A DNA stretch of 63,990 nucleotides, filler included, from Cercozoa sp. M6MM (lineage: Eukaryota > Protista > Endomyxa: Ascetosporea), in NCBI GenBank assembly GCA_040357565.1. It is 8 parts of 8 records of this genome, joined end to end, with 100 filler letters (N's around TTAATTAATTAA, not from the genome) between each part and the next. Parts side by side here need not be neighbours in the genome. Positions count along the whole stretch, not along the records: positions 6,934 to 12,359 come from JBDODJ010000911.1; positions 12,460 to 17,631 come from JBDODJ010000957.1; positions 17,732 to 28,247 come from JBDODJ010000438.1; 5 more parts are not named here. The stretch is one strand, 5' to 3'. The position numbers and the translations under genes were made by a program. Below the pieces are notes generated by a model. It was given only the letters and a program-made list of their open reading frames with translations, was not told the DNA's origin and searched no databases. The first letter of the stretch is position 1; the number at the start of each line of letters is the position of its first letter. Below, piece after piece: positions 10,845 through 26,700 of this stretch.

Positions 10845-11426
10845 TGTTACAGCATGAACTACTGTATCCGCGCGGAAGCAACCCTACAACTTAAAAATCC
10901 TCAAGAGAGGTGTGGAAGATTTTTGACCTGTGTTCGCTGGTATCCTGACCTACTGAGAGCTTCAGTCCAGACTGTGGAACACCTGTGTTTGAGTAGGGAA
11001 GCCTTGAGCAAGCTTTTTGCAGCTGAACTCAAAGAAGGGCTCTCTCTCGACCAGGTAATCTGATCTCTCCAGGACCAGTTGTCTTCGCTCCTACCTGTCC
11101 TCTGCTTTCCGGGGCCCTTCTTTTCTTTACTTCCAACTCAAGTACTTCTGAATCCTCACTACTCAGTTCTCACGACGTCTTTCCGTCAGGACCCTTTTTA
11201 CTGACTGTCCTTTCTACAGTTCCCATCTGACGGGTGACTGTCCCGTCCACCACAAGTGCTTTGCCGCCCAACTGAACCGTTGGGGTAACTCATTCTTTCA
11301 AACTGACACTTGGCCACTCTTCCTCCAAGAACAGACTTTCTTACGTTCCTTCGTTTTTTTGTATCACTGGCAAAGTACCCTCAGTTTACCAAGGCCTAAT
11401 CCCTATCTGAGAGGGCTGTGGTAACA
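10845..11426. mobile_element. Solo-LTR-like repeat, copy B, inverted relative to copy A and about 130 bp longer
   Basis: Starts TGTTACAGCATG and ends GCTGTGGTAACA. Contains internal segments absent from copy A. Flanks AGAG/AGAT are at best an imperfect 4-bp target-site duplication. Confidence 0.7.
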
Positions 11427-11458
11427 AGATGTTTCAGAGATAAACACACTTTCAACTT

Positions 11459-11772
11459 TCACCGGCCATGGCGTTGCCTCTCCAAGTCCTCCGAGTCCGA
11501 GTCAAACGCATCGACATGGATACCGTCATGCCGATCCTCGAGCGGCACGAGGCGTTCCTCCTCGTGCGGCACACTGACCTCAGCATAGCCTGTTTGTGTT
11601 GGAGTCCGTCGACGTCCGCGTTTTCGCTGCAGGAAGAGCAGCAGGCTTAGCAGCAGCGTCGTAAGCACGAAGAAGGAGAGTGCGAGGTCGACGCGTTCGA
11701 CGCTGCTGTCGCCGGTTTCCACAAACGTTCCTTTGGTTTCGTGCACTTCGTTCGTTCGTTCTTGAGAGGAGT

Positions 11773-11821
<49 letters not shown>

Positions 11822-11831
11822 NNNNNNNNNN

Positions 11832-11902
<71 letters not shown>

Positions 11903-12285
11903 ACGGTCATCAAGGCGCCGTAGCTCTTCTCCGAGAGCAGCGAGACCATTGGCCACTTCGACAAACTGCGAAATCCCCAAGCAACAAGAGAGATAAGTGT
12001 TACCTTCCCACCCCCACCCCCCCCACCCCGACCTCAAGGTCTGTACCTGTTCCTCAAGCTGCGTTCGCGGCAGGCGGAATCCGTAGGACCCGCGGTCGCG
12101 CAACTCGAGTGCAAAACTGAACTCGCACAGCGCACTGTGAAGCATGTAGTCGATGGAGACGGCCGGTGCCATGTACAGCGTCTCGGCCACTGCGCCAGCA
12201 GTGTACGGCACGCCGAACGACGCCGTCATGGCACTCGTCACTGCTTGAGCGAGTTGCGCGTGCTCCGCGTGGTTGTCAACGTGAT
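11459..12285 (-). CDS. Zinc carboxypeptidase (M14A-like), 3' part, with a poly-Asn linker, C-terminal transmembrane helix and cytosolic tail
   Basis: YTAGAVAETLYMAPAVSIDYM...FSFALELRDRGSYGFRLP matches the M14 C-terminal ELRDxGxYGFxLP motif. Followed by LALSFFVLTTLLLSLLLFL and QRKRGRRR. Confidence 0.8.
11775..11900 (-). repeat. (AAC)n coding microsatellite (poly-Asn) containing an assembly gap
   Basis: (TTG)n on the + strand, in frame within the last exon of the carboxypeptidase. Confidence 0.85.
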
Positions 12286-12327
12286 CTGCACATTGCCTTT
12301 GCCTTGTGTGCATACAAATATACATAC

Positions 12328-12358
<31 letters not shown>

Positions 12359-12461
12359 TNNNNNNNNNNNNNNNNNNNNNNNNNNNNNNNNNNNNNNNNN
12401 NNNTTAATTAATTAANNNNNNNNNNNNNNNNNNNNNNNNNNNNNNNNNNNNNNNNNNNNGT

Positions 12462-12513
<52 letters not shown>

Positions 12514-12523
12514 NNNNNNNNNN

Positions 12524-12594
<71 letters not shown>

Positions 12595-13379
12595 TGTTTA
12601 TCCTGTCGGTGACGGCCGTGAAGGACGGTTATGAGGACTGGCTGCGTCACCGCGAGGACGATCGGTACAACCGCGCCTTGTACCAGGTGCTGCACCAAGG
12701 TAGTCTTCCGCCCTTTCCCTCCTTCCAGCTTGTATTTACCCCCGACCCCATCCCCGTGATTGATGTAACAGAAGGCGATGACGATGTCAACTTGAAGACG
12801 CTACGCAGTGACGAACTTAAGTGCGGTTAGTTTCCTCTCATTGGTTCAATTGGACGGTACAGTTGGACAGTCTCCTTGTGGACGGTTTCTCTATGTATGT
12901 TTGTGCAGGCATGGTTCTCCGACTGGAGGAGGACATGGCACTGCCAGCCGACTGCATTCTGCTCGTGTCGTCGCACTCGGACGGCACGGCCTACGTCAAC
13001 ACCTCTGCGCTCGATGGCGAGGGTGCTTTCGCCATGTTTCCTCCACCTACCCTACCCCTGCCCCCACCCCTACCTCTACCCTCCCCTCATCCTCCCTTCC
13101 ACAGCGGCGCCCAAGATGCGACGCTGCGTGCCACAGACGCACTTTTGCGGACAGGACAAGTCGCTGCTACACGGCCTCAGCGGCACCTTTGTGTAGCACT
13201 GTCTACTGTCTATACTGTCTACTGTCTATACCGTCTACTGTCTATACTGTCTACTGTCTAATTGTCTACTGTCTGCACTGTATCATGTGTGGACACGCTT
13301 GTTCAGCTCGCCTCCGCCAACTCGCGATTTGGACGGTTTCGTGGCGCGTCTCGAGATCGAGCCGCAGTCGCTCCAGGAG

Positions 13380-13427
<48 letters not shown>

Positions 13428-16400
13428 CTGTGTGCTAGACTATTAAGGGTGCTACCACTGGAGACTTAATAAGGGGGTGTGCTTTAGCTGGCGCGAATCG
13501 TGCGCGAGCGCGCCACGGGCTCACCTGCCGGCGATGCTGCTGTACTACCCTACCTTTATCTCACTTACGCTCTTACCCCTCCCCCTCCGACAGGAGGAAG
13601 AAGAAGACACCATGAACGAGAGCGAGGAAGACTCGGCGCTGTCGCAGCCGGTGGCACCTCTGGGTACCTCGCAGTCGATGTGTATGATATGGTGCTACTT
13701 GCGCTACTTGTGCGCATGTGCCCATAGGTGACCGAGAGCTACTGATGCGCGGAGTGAAACTTGTCAACACTGAGTGGTACGCCCTTCCCTCTCACTGGCT
13801 CCGTGTGACACGTGCCGACTGAGCGTATATGACATGTGTCACACCGACAGGGTCTACGCTCTCGTGGTCTACACTGGCGTCGACACCAAGCTCATGCTGA
13901 ACCGGCACCACACGCCCTTCAAATTCGCGCGATTCGAGCGACTGCTCAATCGATGCGTCGGTGCCATGGTGTGCCCCTCCCTCCTTTTACCCTTACCCTT
14001 TTGCCCTCTTACCCCCTTTTACTCTCTTCTATCCTTCAACCCTTTATCTTCCTAACCCTCTTTACACTCCCTACCCCTACCCCAGCTCGTGATGAACATC
14101 GTGCTGTGCCTGCTGCTGGCACTCGGACCGCAACTGGTGGACCACTCGCAGGTACTGTCCCCCCGACAGTCTTGTTCTCGAGGTAGGTACTGTCCAGGCG
14201 AGGTACTGTCCACTGTTGTAGATGGGACTCGAAAAGATCGAGTCGTCGGGTTTCAAGGATTTTATGCTGGATTTTGCCACGATGTGGGTGCTCAACTCCT
14301 TCATGGGTACGGTCCACTTTGCACAGTCCACTCTGTCCTATTCCGTCTGTACCGTATACCTGTACCGTCTCTCAGTGCCAATCTCGCTGTACGTGACGAT
14401 CGAGCTGGTGAAGCTCGTGCAGGCGCAGATGATTGAGTGGGACACCAGCGAGCAGTGCGTCAACTCGCGGTACTTGCGCCTGTCCGCGCTTGCACACCGA
14501 GTGACTGTGCGTGTGTGTGTGCGTGCGTGCGTGTGTGTGTGTAGAGTGCGAAACTCGTCGCTTAACGAGGAACTGGTAAGCAGTACCTAGCAGACTATAT
14601 AGAGATAGACGGTGCTATATATGGACGGTACAACATGGACAGGGCTCGATCAAGTACGTCTTCACCGACAAGACTGGCACACTCACGCAAAACCACATGG
14701 TGCCGTCTTGCTCCCCTGCTTCCTTTATCCCCATCCTACCCCTTTACCCCATCCTATCCCCCTGCACCCTGACTGTTGGTGACAGGTCCTCAACCGCGCC
14801 TGGATCGGCACCGAGACCGACACGCCGGATGACCAGTACATGCAATCTATCCGGGGAGGGAAGTGGCCAACCATCCGCGCGGATGGTCTGACTGTCTATG
14901 TGTGTGACAGCATTGACGCCGGCGCACTTTACTTCAACGAGGCCACTGCCGCCAATGTGCGCTCCTACGAGACGGCGCTGTCGCATCTGGTGCCTTTATC
15001 CCCCTTTACCCCCCCCCCTATTTTACCCCCTCTTTTACCCCCTCTTTTACCCTCTCTTTTACCCCTCTTTTACCCCCCATGGCGCAGGTGGAGCAGGCGT
15101 TCGACAGCGAGGGAAAGCCGAAACGCGGCACGTGCGCCTTCGAATTCGTGGCCTGCACGCTGGCCTCCAACGCTGCGCTGCCGCTTCGTACGGTAGTGTT
15201 TCCCCCTTTACCCCCTGTTACTCCTACCCCCGGCCCCCCCCCCCCCCCTGTACCGCGGCACAGCTGGTGGACAAGGAAGACGAGGACGTGCGGCACCTCG
15301 GCGTCGACGAGGAGATCGAACTGAGCGACGGCGAACGCGTCGAGTGGCGCTTCCAGTCGTCGTCGCCGGACGAGGTCTCTTTGTCCACTTTACCACCTGA
15401 CCCTCTCCCCCCTTAACCTTATCATTGACCCTCCCTTGATCCTTGCAGGTGGCATTCCTGGAGGCACTGCGCGACAACGGCATCACACTGACACAGGTGT
15501 GTGTGTATGTGTGCGTTTGTGTGTGTGTTTGTGTGTGTATGTGTGCGTATGTGTATGGTACAGAGGACAGGCAACACTGCCGCTGCAGTGCTGTCCAAGG
15601 GCGACTGTAGTTTACCCCCCCCCCCTCTTTATCCCTTTACCTTTTTACCCTGCCCTGTCCGCAGACTACAACAACGAGGAGCTCAACTTTGCGTTGCTGG
15701 CGCAGCTCGATTTTTCGTCGGCACGCCGTCGCATGTCGGTGGTACTCTTGCCCCTTTTACCCCCCCCCCCCGCCTGCCGCTCTCCTTCCACCTTTATTCC
15801 CCCATTCAGGTGGTCCGAGACGCGGCTGGTCGCATCGTGCTCTACACTAAGGTACCTTAGGGTGTGTGTGTGTGTCACCTGTCGTACTTGTGTACATCCG
15901 TGGATGCAGGGTGCTGACTCGCTGCTGATCGAGGACGGTGAGATGTGTCGCCCGCGCGGACTGGCGTCGTGCAGCTCCGCACTGGAAGCCTTCGCCAGCA
16001 CAGGTACGTATATATTCACGCATGGACCGTCCACATGGCCTGTCCTGTCCGTATGGACGGGACTCTGTGTGCGACCTGTTTTGTACCGTACATGTGTGCC
16101 GTACGTGTGTACTGCAGGTGCACGCACTCTGTGCTTTGCGTGGCGCGAGTTGGACGCCGCCGAGTTTGAGGAGTGGTATCCCAAGTACCAGGTAGGTTTA
16201 CCCCTTGCCCTCCATCCTGCCTGCCCCTTTCTTCCCCGTTACCCCTTTTGCCCCCCCCCCCCCCCTATTGCAGAGAGCGTCGACGGCGCTGCACGACCGC
16301 GAGAAACGAGTAGAAAAGTACCGATCACTCTGAGTTATGTATCATCTGAGTGGCTGGCTAAGGGGACGGTGTGGGGATCAACTGAGTGGGGATCAACTAA

Positions 16401-17617
16401 AATGGGGATCAACTGAGTGAGTGGGACACGTGCGCACGTACAGGTGCTTTGCGCGCATCGAGCGCGACCTGACGCTGGCGGCGGCCACTGCCGTCGAGGA
16501 TCATCTGCAGCACGGTACCACACCGTCAGTCCCCAGTCACTCTGTCACTGGCACCGTCCGAGTGACCACTGACCACGTGACCAAGTGAGCACGTGTGCAG
16601 GTGTGCCAGAGACGGTGGCGGCGCTGCTCGAGGCCGGCATTGAAATCATGATGCTCACTGGCGACAAGGTACTTCTTAATTCTTACCCCCTCTTGCCCCT
16701 ATCCTTACCCCCTCCCGTTACCCCTCGCAGAGAGAGACGGCAGTAACGATCGCGCGGCATGCCTCACTGATCGGACCCGAAGACCGCGTGGAGCACCTCG
16801 AACTCGCCACGTGCGCGCAGCAGCTCGGCACGCTCGTCGACGGTGTGTTTATCCCCCCCCCCCCTGCCTTCCCCCTTTACCCCCTTTACCTCCTTTACCC
16901 CGGCAGAGTTCCGCTCTCAAGAGGGCAGCGCGGGCGGTCGCAAACGTTCCTTCGTCGCGGTCATCACGGGCGACGTACTGGAGCGATGTCTCAAGTAGGC
17001 AATTCTTACCCCCCCACCCGCCCTAACCCTTTACCCCTTTGCCCACTTGACCCCAGCACGTGTCCGCAAATGCTGGCGCAAGCCTTCCGCGCGGCATCGG
17101 CATTCGTTTGTTGTCGTGCCACGCCGAACCAGAAGGCCGCCATGGTACCATGTTGTGCAGTTTGGACGGGAGGGTTGGATTAGGGGAAGGGGTCGGTACA
17201 ACTCTTGGTCCGTTTGAACAGGTCGATCTGATCCGACACGACGAAAGCACCGAGGAGCACCATTTGACGCTGGCCATTGGTGGTAGTTTCTTTTACCCCC
17301 CCCCCCGCCCCCTCTTACTCCCCCTTTCCCCCCGCCCCCGTGTGCAGACGGTGCCAACGACGTCTCGATGATCCAGGCCTCACATGTTGGAATCGGTACA
17401 AACCGGGCCTTTGTTTGGACAGGTCTGTACCGACGCTGTTAAGGAGGGCGCACGTGCAGGTATTCTCGGCAAGGAGGGCGCACAGGCGGCGCTGTCTGCC
17501 GACGTGGTTGTTCAGGTGGGATTACCTTTACCCCCCTTCCCCCGCGCCCCTTTACTCCTTTTACCCTCCTGGTGGTGCAGAGATTCGCTGCACTCGAGAG
17601 GTTACTCTTCGTGCACG
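12595..17617 (+). CDS. P4-type ATPase (phospholipid flippase), truncated at both ends by spacers
   Basis: [66 protein letters not shown] (phospho-Asp motif), [68 protein letters not shown]. Confidence 0.95.
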
Positions 17618-17744
17618 GTAGTTCCCCCCCCNNNNNNNNNNNNNNNNNNNNNNNNNNNNNNNNNNNNNNNNNNNNTTAATTAATTAANNNNNNNNNNNNN
17701 NNNNNNNNNNNNNNNNNNNNNNNNNNNNNNNAAAAAAAAAAAAC

Positions 17745-18180
17745 TGGCACATTTTGAACATTGGCGATCGCGTGCAGCAGCGTTTTCGCGTGCTGCGACT
17801 TGATCGACTGCTTCAGCACTTTCTTGGTCTGTCAACAACAACAACAACAACAACAGATAATTCATAACACTTTGTCCACGCAGCGAGAAACAACAACGGT
17901 ACAAAGCTGACGAATATTGACGTGTCGGCCAAGTCGCGTTCGCTGGTCACCTGCACCGTCTCACCTGCACTTACAAGTTAAAGGAATACAGAGATGGCTA
18001 GAGGAACGGTCCAGTGCAGCTACCGTGCAGTCGGAGGGTCGCCACAAGCCAAGCAAAGTACGCATCACACTCGCTCATGCCCCAAGGTCGAAAAACCGCC
18101 TCTCCACACGTCTCGCTCTCGCAAGCTCTAAACTCCTTGAAAACCTTTGTTACGCGTTTAACACAAGCCTGCACTGTCCA
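17745..18180 (-). CDS. Possible 5' exons of a hypothetical gene running into the spacer
   Basis: Three open segments separated by GT-AG introns of typical size. Reading frame ambiguous and no recognisable motif. Confidence 0.3.
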
Positions 18181-18380
18181 AAGGCACTGTATACAGTACT
18201 GATCACTAGGCTGAACATTATCCGATAGTTCATGAACGTTCCGTTCTGTGTTGATGGTTAGTTGAATGTACAGTAGTTCCTCTGCAGTTGCTGTGAATAC
18301 TGTAGGTCGTGATAGGGTTGGTCTCCTTACGAAGCACAAAAATCTTCAATTACAATGCATCTCTGGGTTTCAACTGAAAC

Positions 18381-21359
<2,979 letters not shown>

Positions 21360-21775
21360 CTGGCTTAATACCTGCTCAGACACCTCACTTAGGTGAACAG
21401 CTTTGGGGCACCCCTGTGCGCCTCTTCGCTGTTTTGACGATCAGCAGTTGGCTGCGAGCTGTTCTTCAGCAGTTGATTCATTCGCTGAGCATTTTGTCCA
21501 GCCAACAGCCGATCGTAAGATACGATTTACTGTGGGCAGTAGATCCAGCATGTTTCCCACTGCATCGTCACAACCAGGGACAACCTGGCTTCCATTTTAC
21601 TCTAACCTTGCGGTCCCACTTGTGCAGTACAGTCCCTGCTTTTCCATGAACACCCCTGCGTGTTCGGACTTTTGGTGTCACCCGCGACTCAGATCCTCCT
21701 ACCGTAAAAGAGGGCGGCTCTAGAGCAGCCGTGGCGTGTGTGACTGTGTGTCCGTGTCAAACAAGACCCAGTGAC

Positions 21776-23248
21776 ATGTTCGTCGTGCTCACGACCGCAA
21801 TTTTACTGGTCTCGGGCGCACTCGCATCTGGTGTTGTCTCCGAGTCAGAGCGCAGCAGCGAGGTCGACGCTCTGTTCGCCGATGCATTGACACAGTTCGT
21901 TGCTAGGCATGCGTAAGTTGCACCTTGTGTCACTTTGTGAGTAAGTGCAAGCATGTGTGTTGTGCTCTGTTTAAAGTTTAAAAACTATTTAGGCCAGATA
22001 AGGTGAAGCAAGAGTGCGTCGTGCTCAATGAGTGCCTAGTGACGCCGAACAGCGAGCCTATTATGCCCGCGTATTACCCTACACACGTGGTCTACGGACT
22101 CTGCGATACTTCTGCTCCTGTCGAAACGCCGCGCACGGTGTCCAAACGCGACACTTCGACGCAGGTGCACTTTTTGCCTGCCTTGTTTGGCTGTCTCGAA
22201 TTGCTATACTCGTTTTGTAGATGGTATCGGCATGCAAAAAGTGCTCAACACGTTTGATCGGAGGTGTGACCATCGCTGCTGCGTCTGTTGCGGTACCCTA
22301 ACTGTGCTTTTGTTTTTTGACGGACACTGAAACAACCTCGAGTCCTAAAAATGTACCAAGTAGGCGTTGTTAAACCCGACACAAGTTCGCGTTCGAAAGT
22401 CGAATTTGCTGGTGGATGTTGTTTCTGTTGGAAAGAGGTACCAGATGCCACTCGTTTGCCCTGAAACTGTACTTTATTTGACCTTCTACCTTGCCTGGGG
22501 CAACAGCGATTTTGTTGCCAAATACACAAGAGACCAATGGCACACTGTCCGGATTGACAAGTGCGCGCAGCTGCAGACTCAGTACAACGCGCTCTCGGAA
22601 GAGATACGTCGTCTACGGGGCGTCAACGATGCCATCGCTCAAGAGAAACAATCGCTGACAGCTTCGATGACTCAACTCAATGGAAACTCGCGAGGTAACC
22701 TTCTATTTTAGTTCTTCATCAGGTTCTTTCTATTGAGTTTCCTGAGCTGTCTTTAAACTTCAGGGCGCAAGAAGAGACCGAAAAGTGGAAACGACACGTC
22801 AAGCAACAAGCGACTTCGACTGAAGCAAGCACGCAAACCAATGTGCCTGAAGAAGAAATGCAAAATTTACTTCAGCTTGAGCAAGAACGAGTGCAACATG
22901 AAGAAGAGACTGTGCAGCAACAGGAAGAGGTCTTAAGTTCTTCCTTCTTTCATCCTTTCTTTTCAAATAACATAAATATAGTTGCCGAAGTGGGTGCAAA
23001 AATGGAATCCTTCGCACGCGGTCCTGCCCAATACCTTCCACTACGTTCTGTGTGTCCTGGAAACTGACTCGGTTTGTTATCCCTTTCCTTCCTCCCAAAA
23101 AACTATACAGTTGTTGACTGACCTAATTCCTTGCACGCAGGAAGAAACAATGCTCCCACCGAGCACTCCATGCAAGATACTGCCTCTACACAATATGAGT
23201 AACTTTCTTGAAGCTTACTTGGATTTGTTCTTCTATCTCTCCGTGTAA
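21776..23248 (+). CDS. Hypothetical secreted protein with a coiled coil; reading frame of the 3' exons ambiguous
   Basis: Signal-peptide-like MFVVLTTAILLVSGALA. In-frame GT-AG splicing leads to CAQLQTQYNALSEEIRRLRGVNDAIAQEKQSL. Stop at 23198 or 23248 depending on frame. Confidence 0.55.
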
Positions 23249-23709
23249 AATAGAACCCCGGGAGTACTCTTCATTCGATCGTCGCTTCCTACGTACTTGG
23301 TTTTCTGTTAGATGTGTGGACCTAAGGTCATTCCGTTTATTCTTTAGTGGTGCACCCGGAACCCGTCGCGTTGCATCGCCTGTGGCTCCGAGTCTATCCA
23401 TACGAGTACTCATCATCCTAGTAAAATTACCTCTCACTCAATTTAGTTTTCCTTCGCTTTCGCAGTCAGAACGAGAGAGAGGAGTACCTGCTCAAGGTGA
23501 CTCCAGTTGCCGAAACTGCAAGCGGCAATGGTTCACGCAGTCTTCCTGTGGTACGTACTTTCTCATATCCTGTGTATGAACTATGTAGTATTACGATTCT
23601 CGCAAGTAGCAAATTCAAGTGCATCGTGCATCTCAAGTGTCCAGATGTTTCTTCGTTGACACCGTGCTTTCATCTCTTTTTCTGAAGAAAAACAAGTTTT
23701 ATTGTGTCG

Positions 23710-26700
23710 ATGCATTCCCTCCAGATCGTGGTCCAACCGCTCTCGGCTTTGCCGACCCCTGAGTTTCGTCCCAGGGGCTCAGGCCAAGCCGCACAAGTCA
23801 CACAACTCAGTTCGCATGTGTTCTTGGTTCCTAAAAAGCTTTGGGGTACCACTGTTTCCACTCAGGCAACGTGTTTCCTTTCTTGAAACCTTCCCTGTGT
23901 CAAAAAAATAGGCAAACGAATCGTGCTGAAGCTGGTAAAAGCCTTGATCGCAGACGTACAATGTCATTCAGATGTGAATCTTGTGAGTCTTAGATTTTTT
24001 AATTTTATCCCTGCCTGATTCAGGTGGACTCAAATGCCACGTTGGCCGTCGGTGTCAAAGCAGCGAATACAGAGTTGGACACCATATCGTATCGACAAAA
24101 CATGGTGACTTTGCAACTGCCCACAGAGGCGACATCTATCGTTGTCACTTTCGCCTTGGAGTTGACGGTAAGACAGCTGCTTGCTCTGTGTGTAGCGGTC
24201 GATGATATCAGATATGAGCAGTCGCAAGAGACTAAAACACTGCTGCCAGTGTCAATAGTGCACCTGGTGCCTTCCAGCGACAGTGCTCTCGTGTCTCAAA
24301 TGCCAGCACCGACCGAACACCTAGAACGCTTCCTAGCCTTGCAGAAGTTCATGAGTCTGACTACGCAGTGGCAGGTGCGTTTCTCCATGTGTCTGTACCT
24401 TTGTGTTTTTGACTGGACTAACTTACACTTTTTTAACAAAACCTTGTAAAATTTAGTGGAACGAACATTGTCGAGTGAACTTTCCCCAGGGAGTAGGTTT
24501 TCCTTTTCTAGTGTCACTCTGTCTGTCGAGATATAGCACTTTCTGTTGAAGGAGGTGGCACATGCGTGGTTGCAAGTGAGTCTCGAGGACGACAGTGTCA
24601 TGTTTCCGACGGTGACTCTGCGTGCCACACCGACAGACACCGAAGGCTCAAGCGTCGACGTGCTGTCACTACTGCTGCCACACCTGTCGGAAGAGCAAGC
24701 TACCTTGCAAGCTCTCATGCTTGAGTTCAGGTGCTTTTGTTCTCCTCTCTCTCTTTTTAATGTACCCGTATATAACTCGACAGACAAGTGAAGTTACGAG
24801 TCACAGCACACTTGAATGGTCGAAGTATTGCGCTGACTCGTGGCGACGCTGACACATTGATCACCGTTACGAGCGATCAGAACACGCTCACTCTGAGTGG
24901 CAGCGATACTGGTACTCCCCTACCTAATTCAGTTAGAAGGCACGTCCACGGGTGTATGTGACTTGTAGAGACCCACGTGTCGGCACAGTTGATACTCTTA
25001 CCAGTGTCTAAAAGTACGCACAGCTTTCTGGACGCAACAGGCAGTGTTGCAGGCGCATCGACACCTGCCTCACCGATGATGTCGCCAGTGCCCTGGCCGA
25101 CGCGATTCTTCTTCCGTCGGCCCGAGTCGGTAAGTTACATTTGTTGTAGGTACAGCAACTATTACAGCAGATGTCGCTTTGGCCCCCAGGAAAGTACGAA
25201 GACATCGCAAGTACGCCTCAGTTTGGAACACGCCGAGTTGGCCACGCTGCTGAAGTTCCTCCCAGTCGGGTACAGATACTCTTCAGTACATCAGATTGTA
25301 TAGTGTCCAAGTTAAATGAGGTTATAAGAGTTCTAATGTGGAGCAGAGACACGCGGTTGCAGCTACAGCTGCAAGGGAGCGACGTGGTTCTACAAGCTCC
25401 GACAGAAGTCAGTCAGGTACTGTATACATTGACACAGACATCGTACTTAGTTGTATGCACAACTTTCTTTGAATTTTAGCTTTCGATCACGATCAGCGCG
25501 TTTGGACTGCCTCTATATCCTCTGCGTACCTTGGCTGTCTTGATGCCTTGTGTCCAGTAGCACATATAATAATTTGTTTACCTTAGGTCTCATCTTGGTG
25601 CTGGAGGATGGCAAAAGCTCGAAGGTGGCCATGCCTTTGCTGAGTGCTGCTCAGTTCGATTCCGCTCGTTTGTTGGGTACAGTCTTGTCTTCCCTCCTGT
25701 GTTGGATGTAGTCCCTTCAATACCCTTTGTAAAGGAGCCTACCGTGACGACATTCTGCTGAAGTCGCAGTTGCTGGAGCATGTGTCGCTGCTGCAAGAAA
25801 CGACTCGTCACGTGAGCGACGAATTTCTCCGCGAACGCATGACGGAGACTCTGAAGCTACTCGAAACTCAGACGAAGCAAACTACTTTGGCGCACGCACT
25901 GCCTTTGCAAGCACCCTGCATTATCAATGGCCCCGATATGCTGATACAAGAGGTGCACTGACGTTCGACACATAGGTGGCTTCTTCTGTTGTCCGTTGTA
26001 CTGTAGTTCTTGTGCATGGGTAGCTTCGAGTGCAACTGTTGGACACGGTGACACACAAGAGACGCACACTGCGCCTTCCGATCTCGTTGAAGCACCTCGC
26101 TGTCTCTGACGACTTGAATGTAGTTTCCGAACAGTGTGCATGCTTTGCATTGGTATCCTATGCCTACCTGAGCGTAGACGATCTACCTTACCGGGCGACT
26201 TCTGTTCGAGTTGCGCGGCATGAACCCATTGTAATTTACTCTGCACTTAAACTTCGCATGTTTGAAACTGTGTTGGGCACTGTAGATCCACCAATGTCGA
26301 GGAGATCACTACGATTGTCTACGACGCAGAGGCCCGTGCTTTGACTGGTTGGTTGTCCAATACTGTATGCCCCCTTTGTGAATAAAATGGGAGGCCAAAC
26401 GCGTGCTGTGAATGCACAGACAAGCTCGCGCAAAGTCACCCCAGTGCGGCGCTGGCCCAGGCACCTGCGCAATTCTCGGTGAACTTTACCGATTCCAGCG
26501 AGAACACTGATCAGGCTGGCATGGCCTACGTGCTATTGTACAGTCGCGCTTCTCGTCGACTCGCCAATGTGTACGTTTGCATCCGCGCGGAAGGTCTTGA
26601 ATGACTTGCGTATAATAAGTACTGTAGGAGAACGATGCATTTCCATCCGTTCGTCAATCATGTTGCTGTGATCTACACCTCGCCAGACAGTGGTAGCGGA

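Noticed and set aside
8759-11426. Full-length LTR retrotransposon or DIRS element
   Set aside because: The repeats are inverted rather than direct, and the interior has no gag, RT, integrase or tyrosine-recombinase motif.
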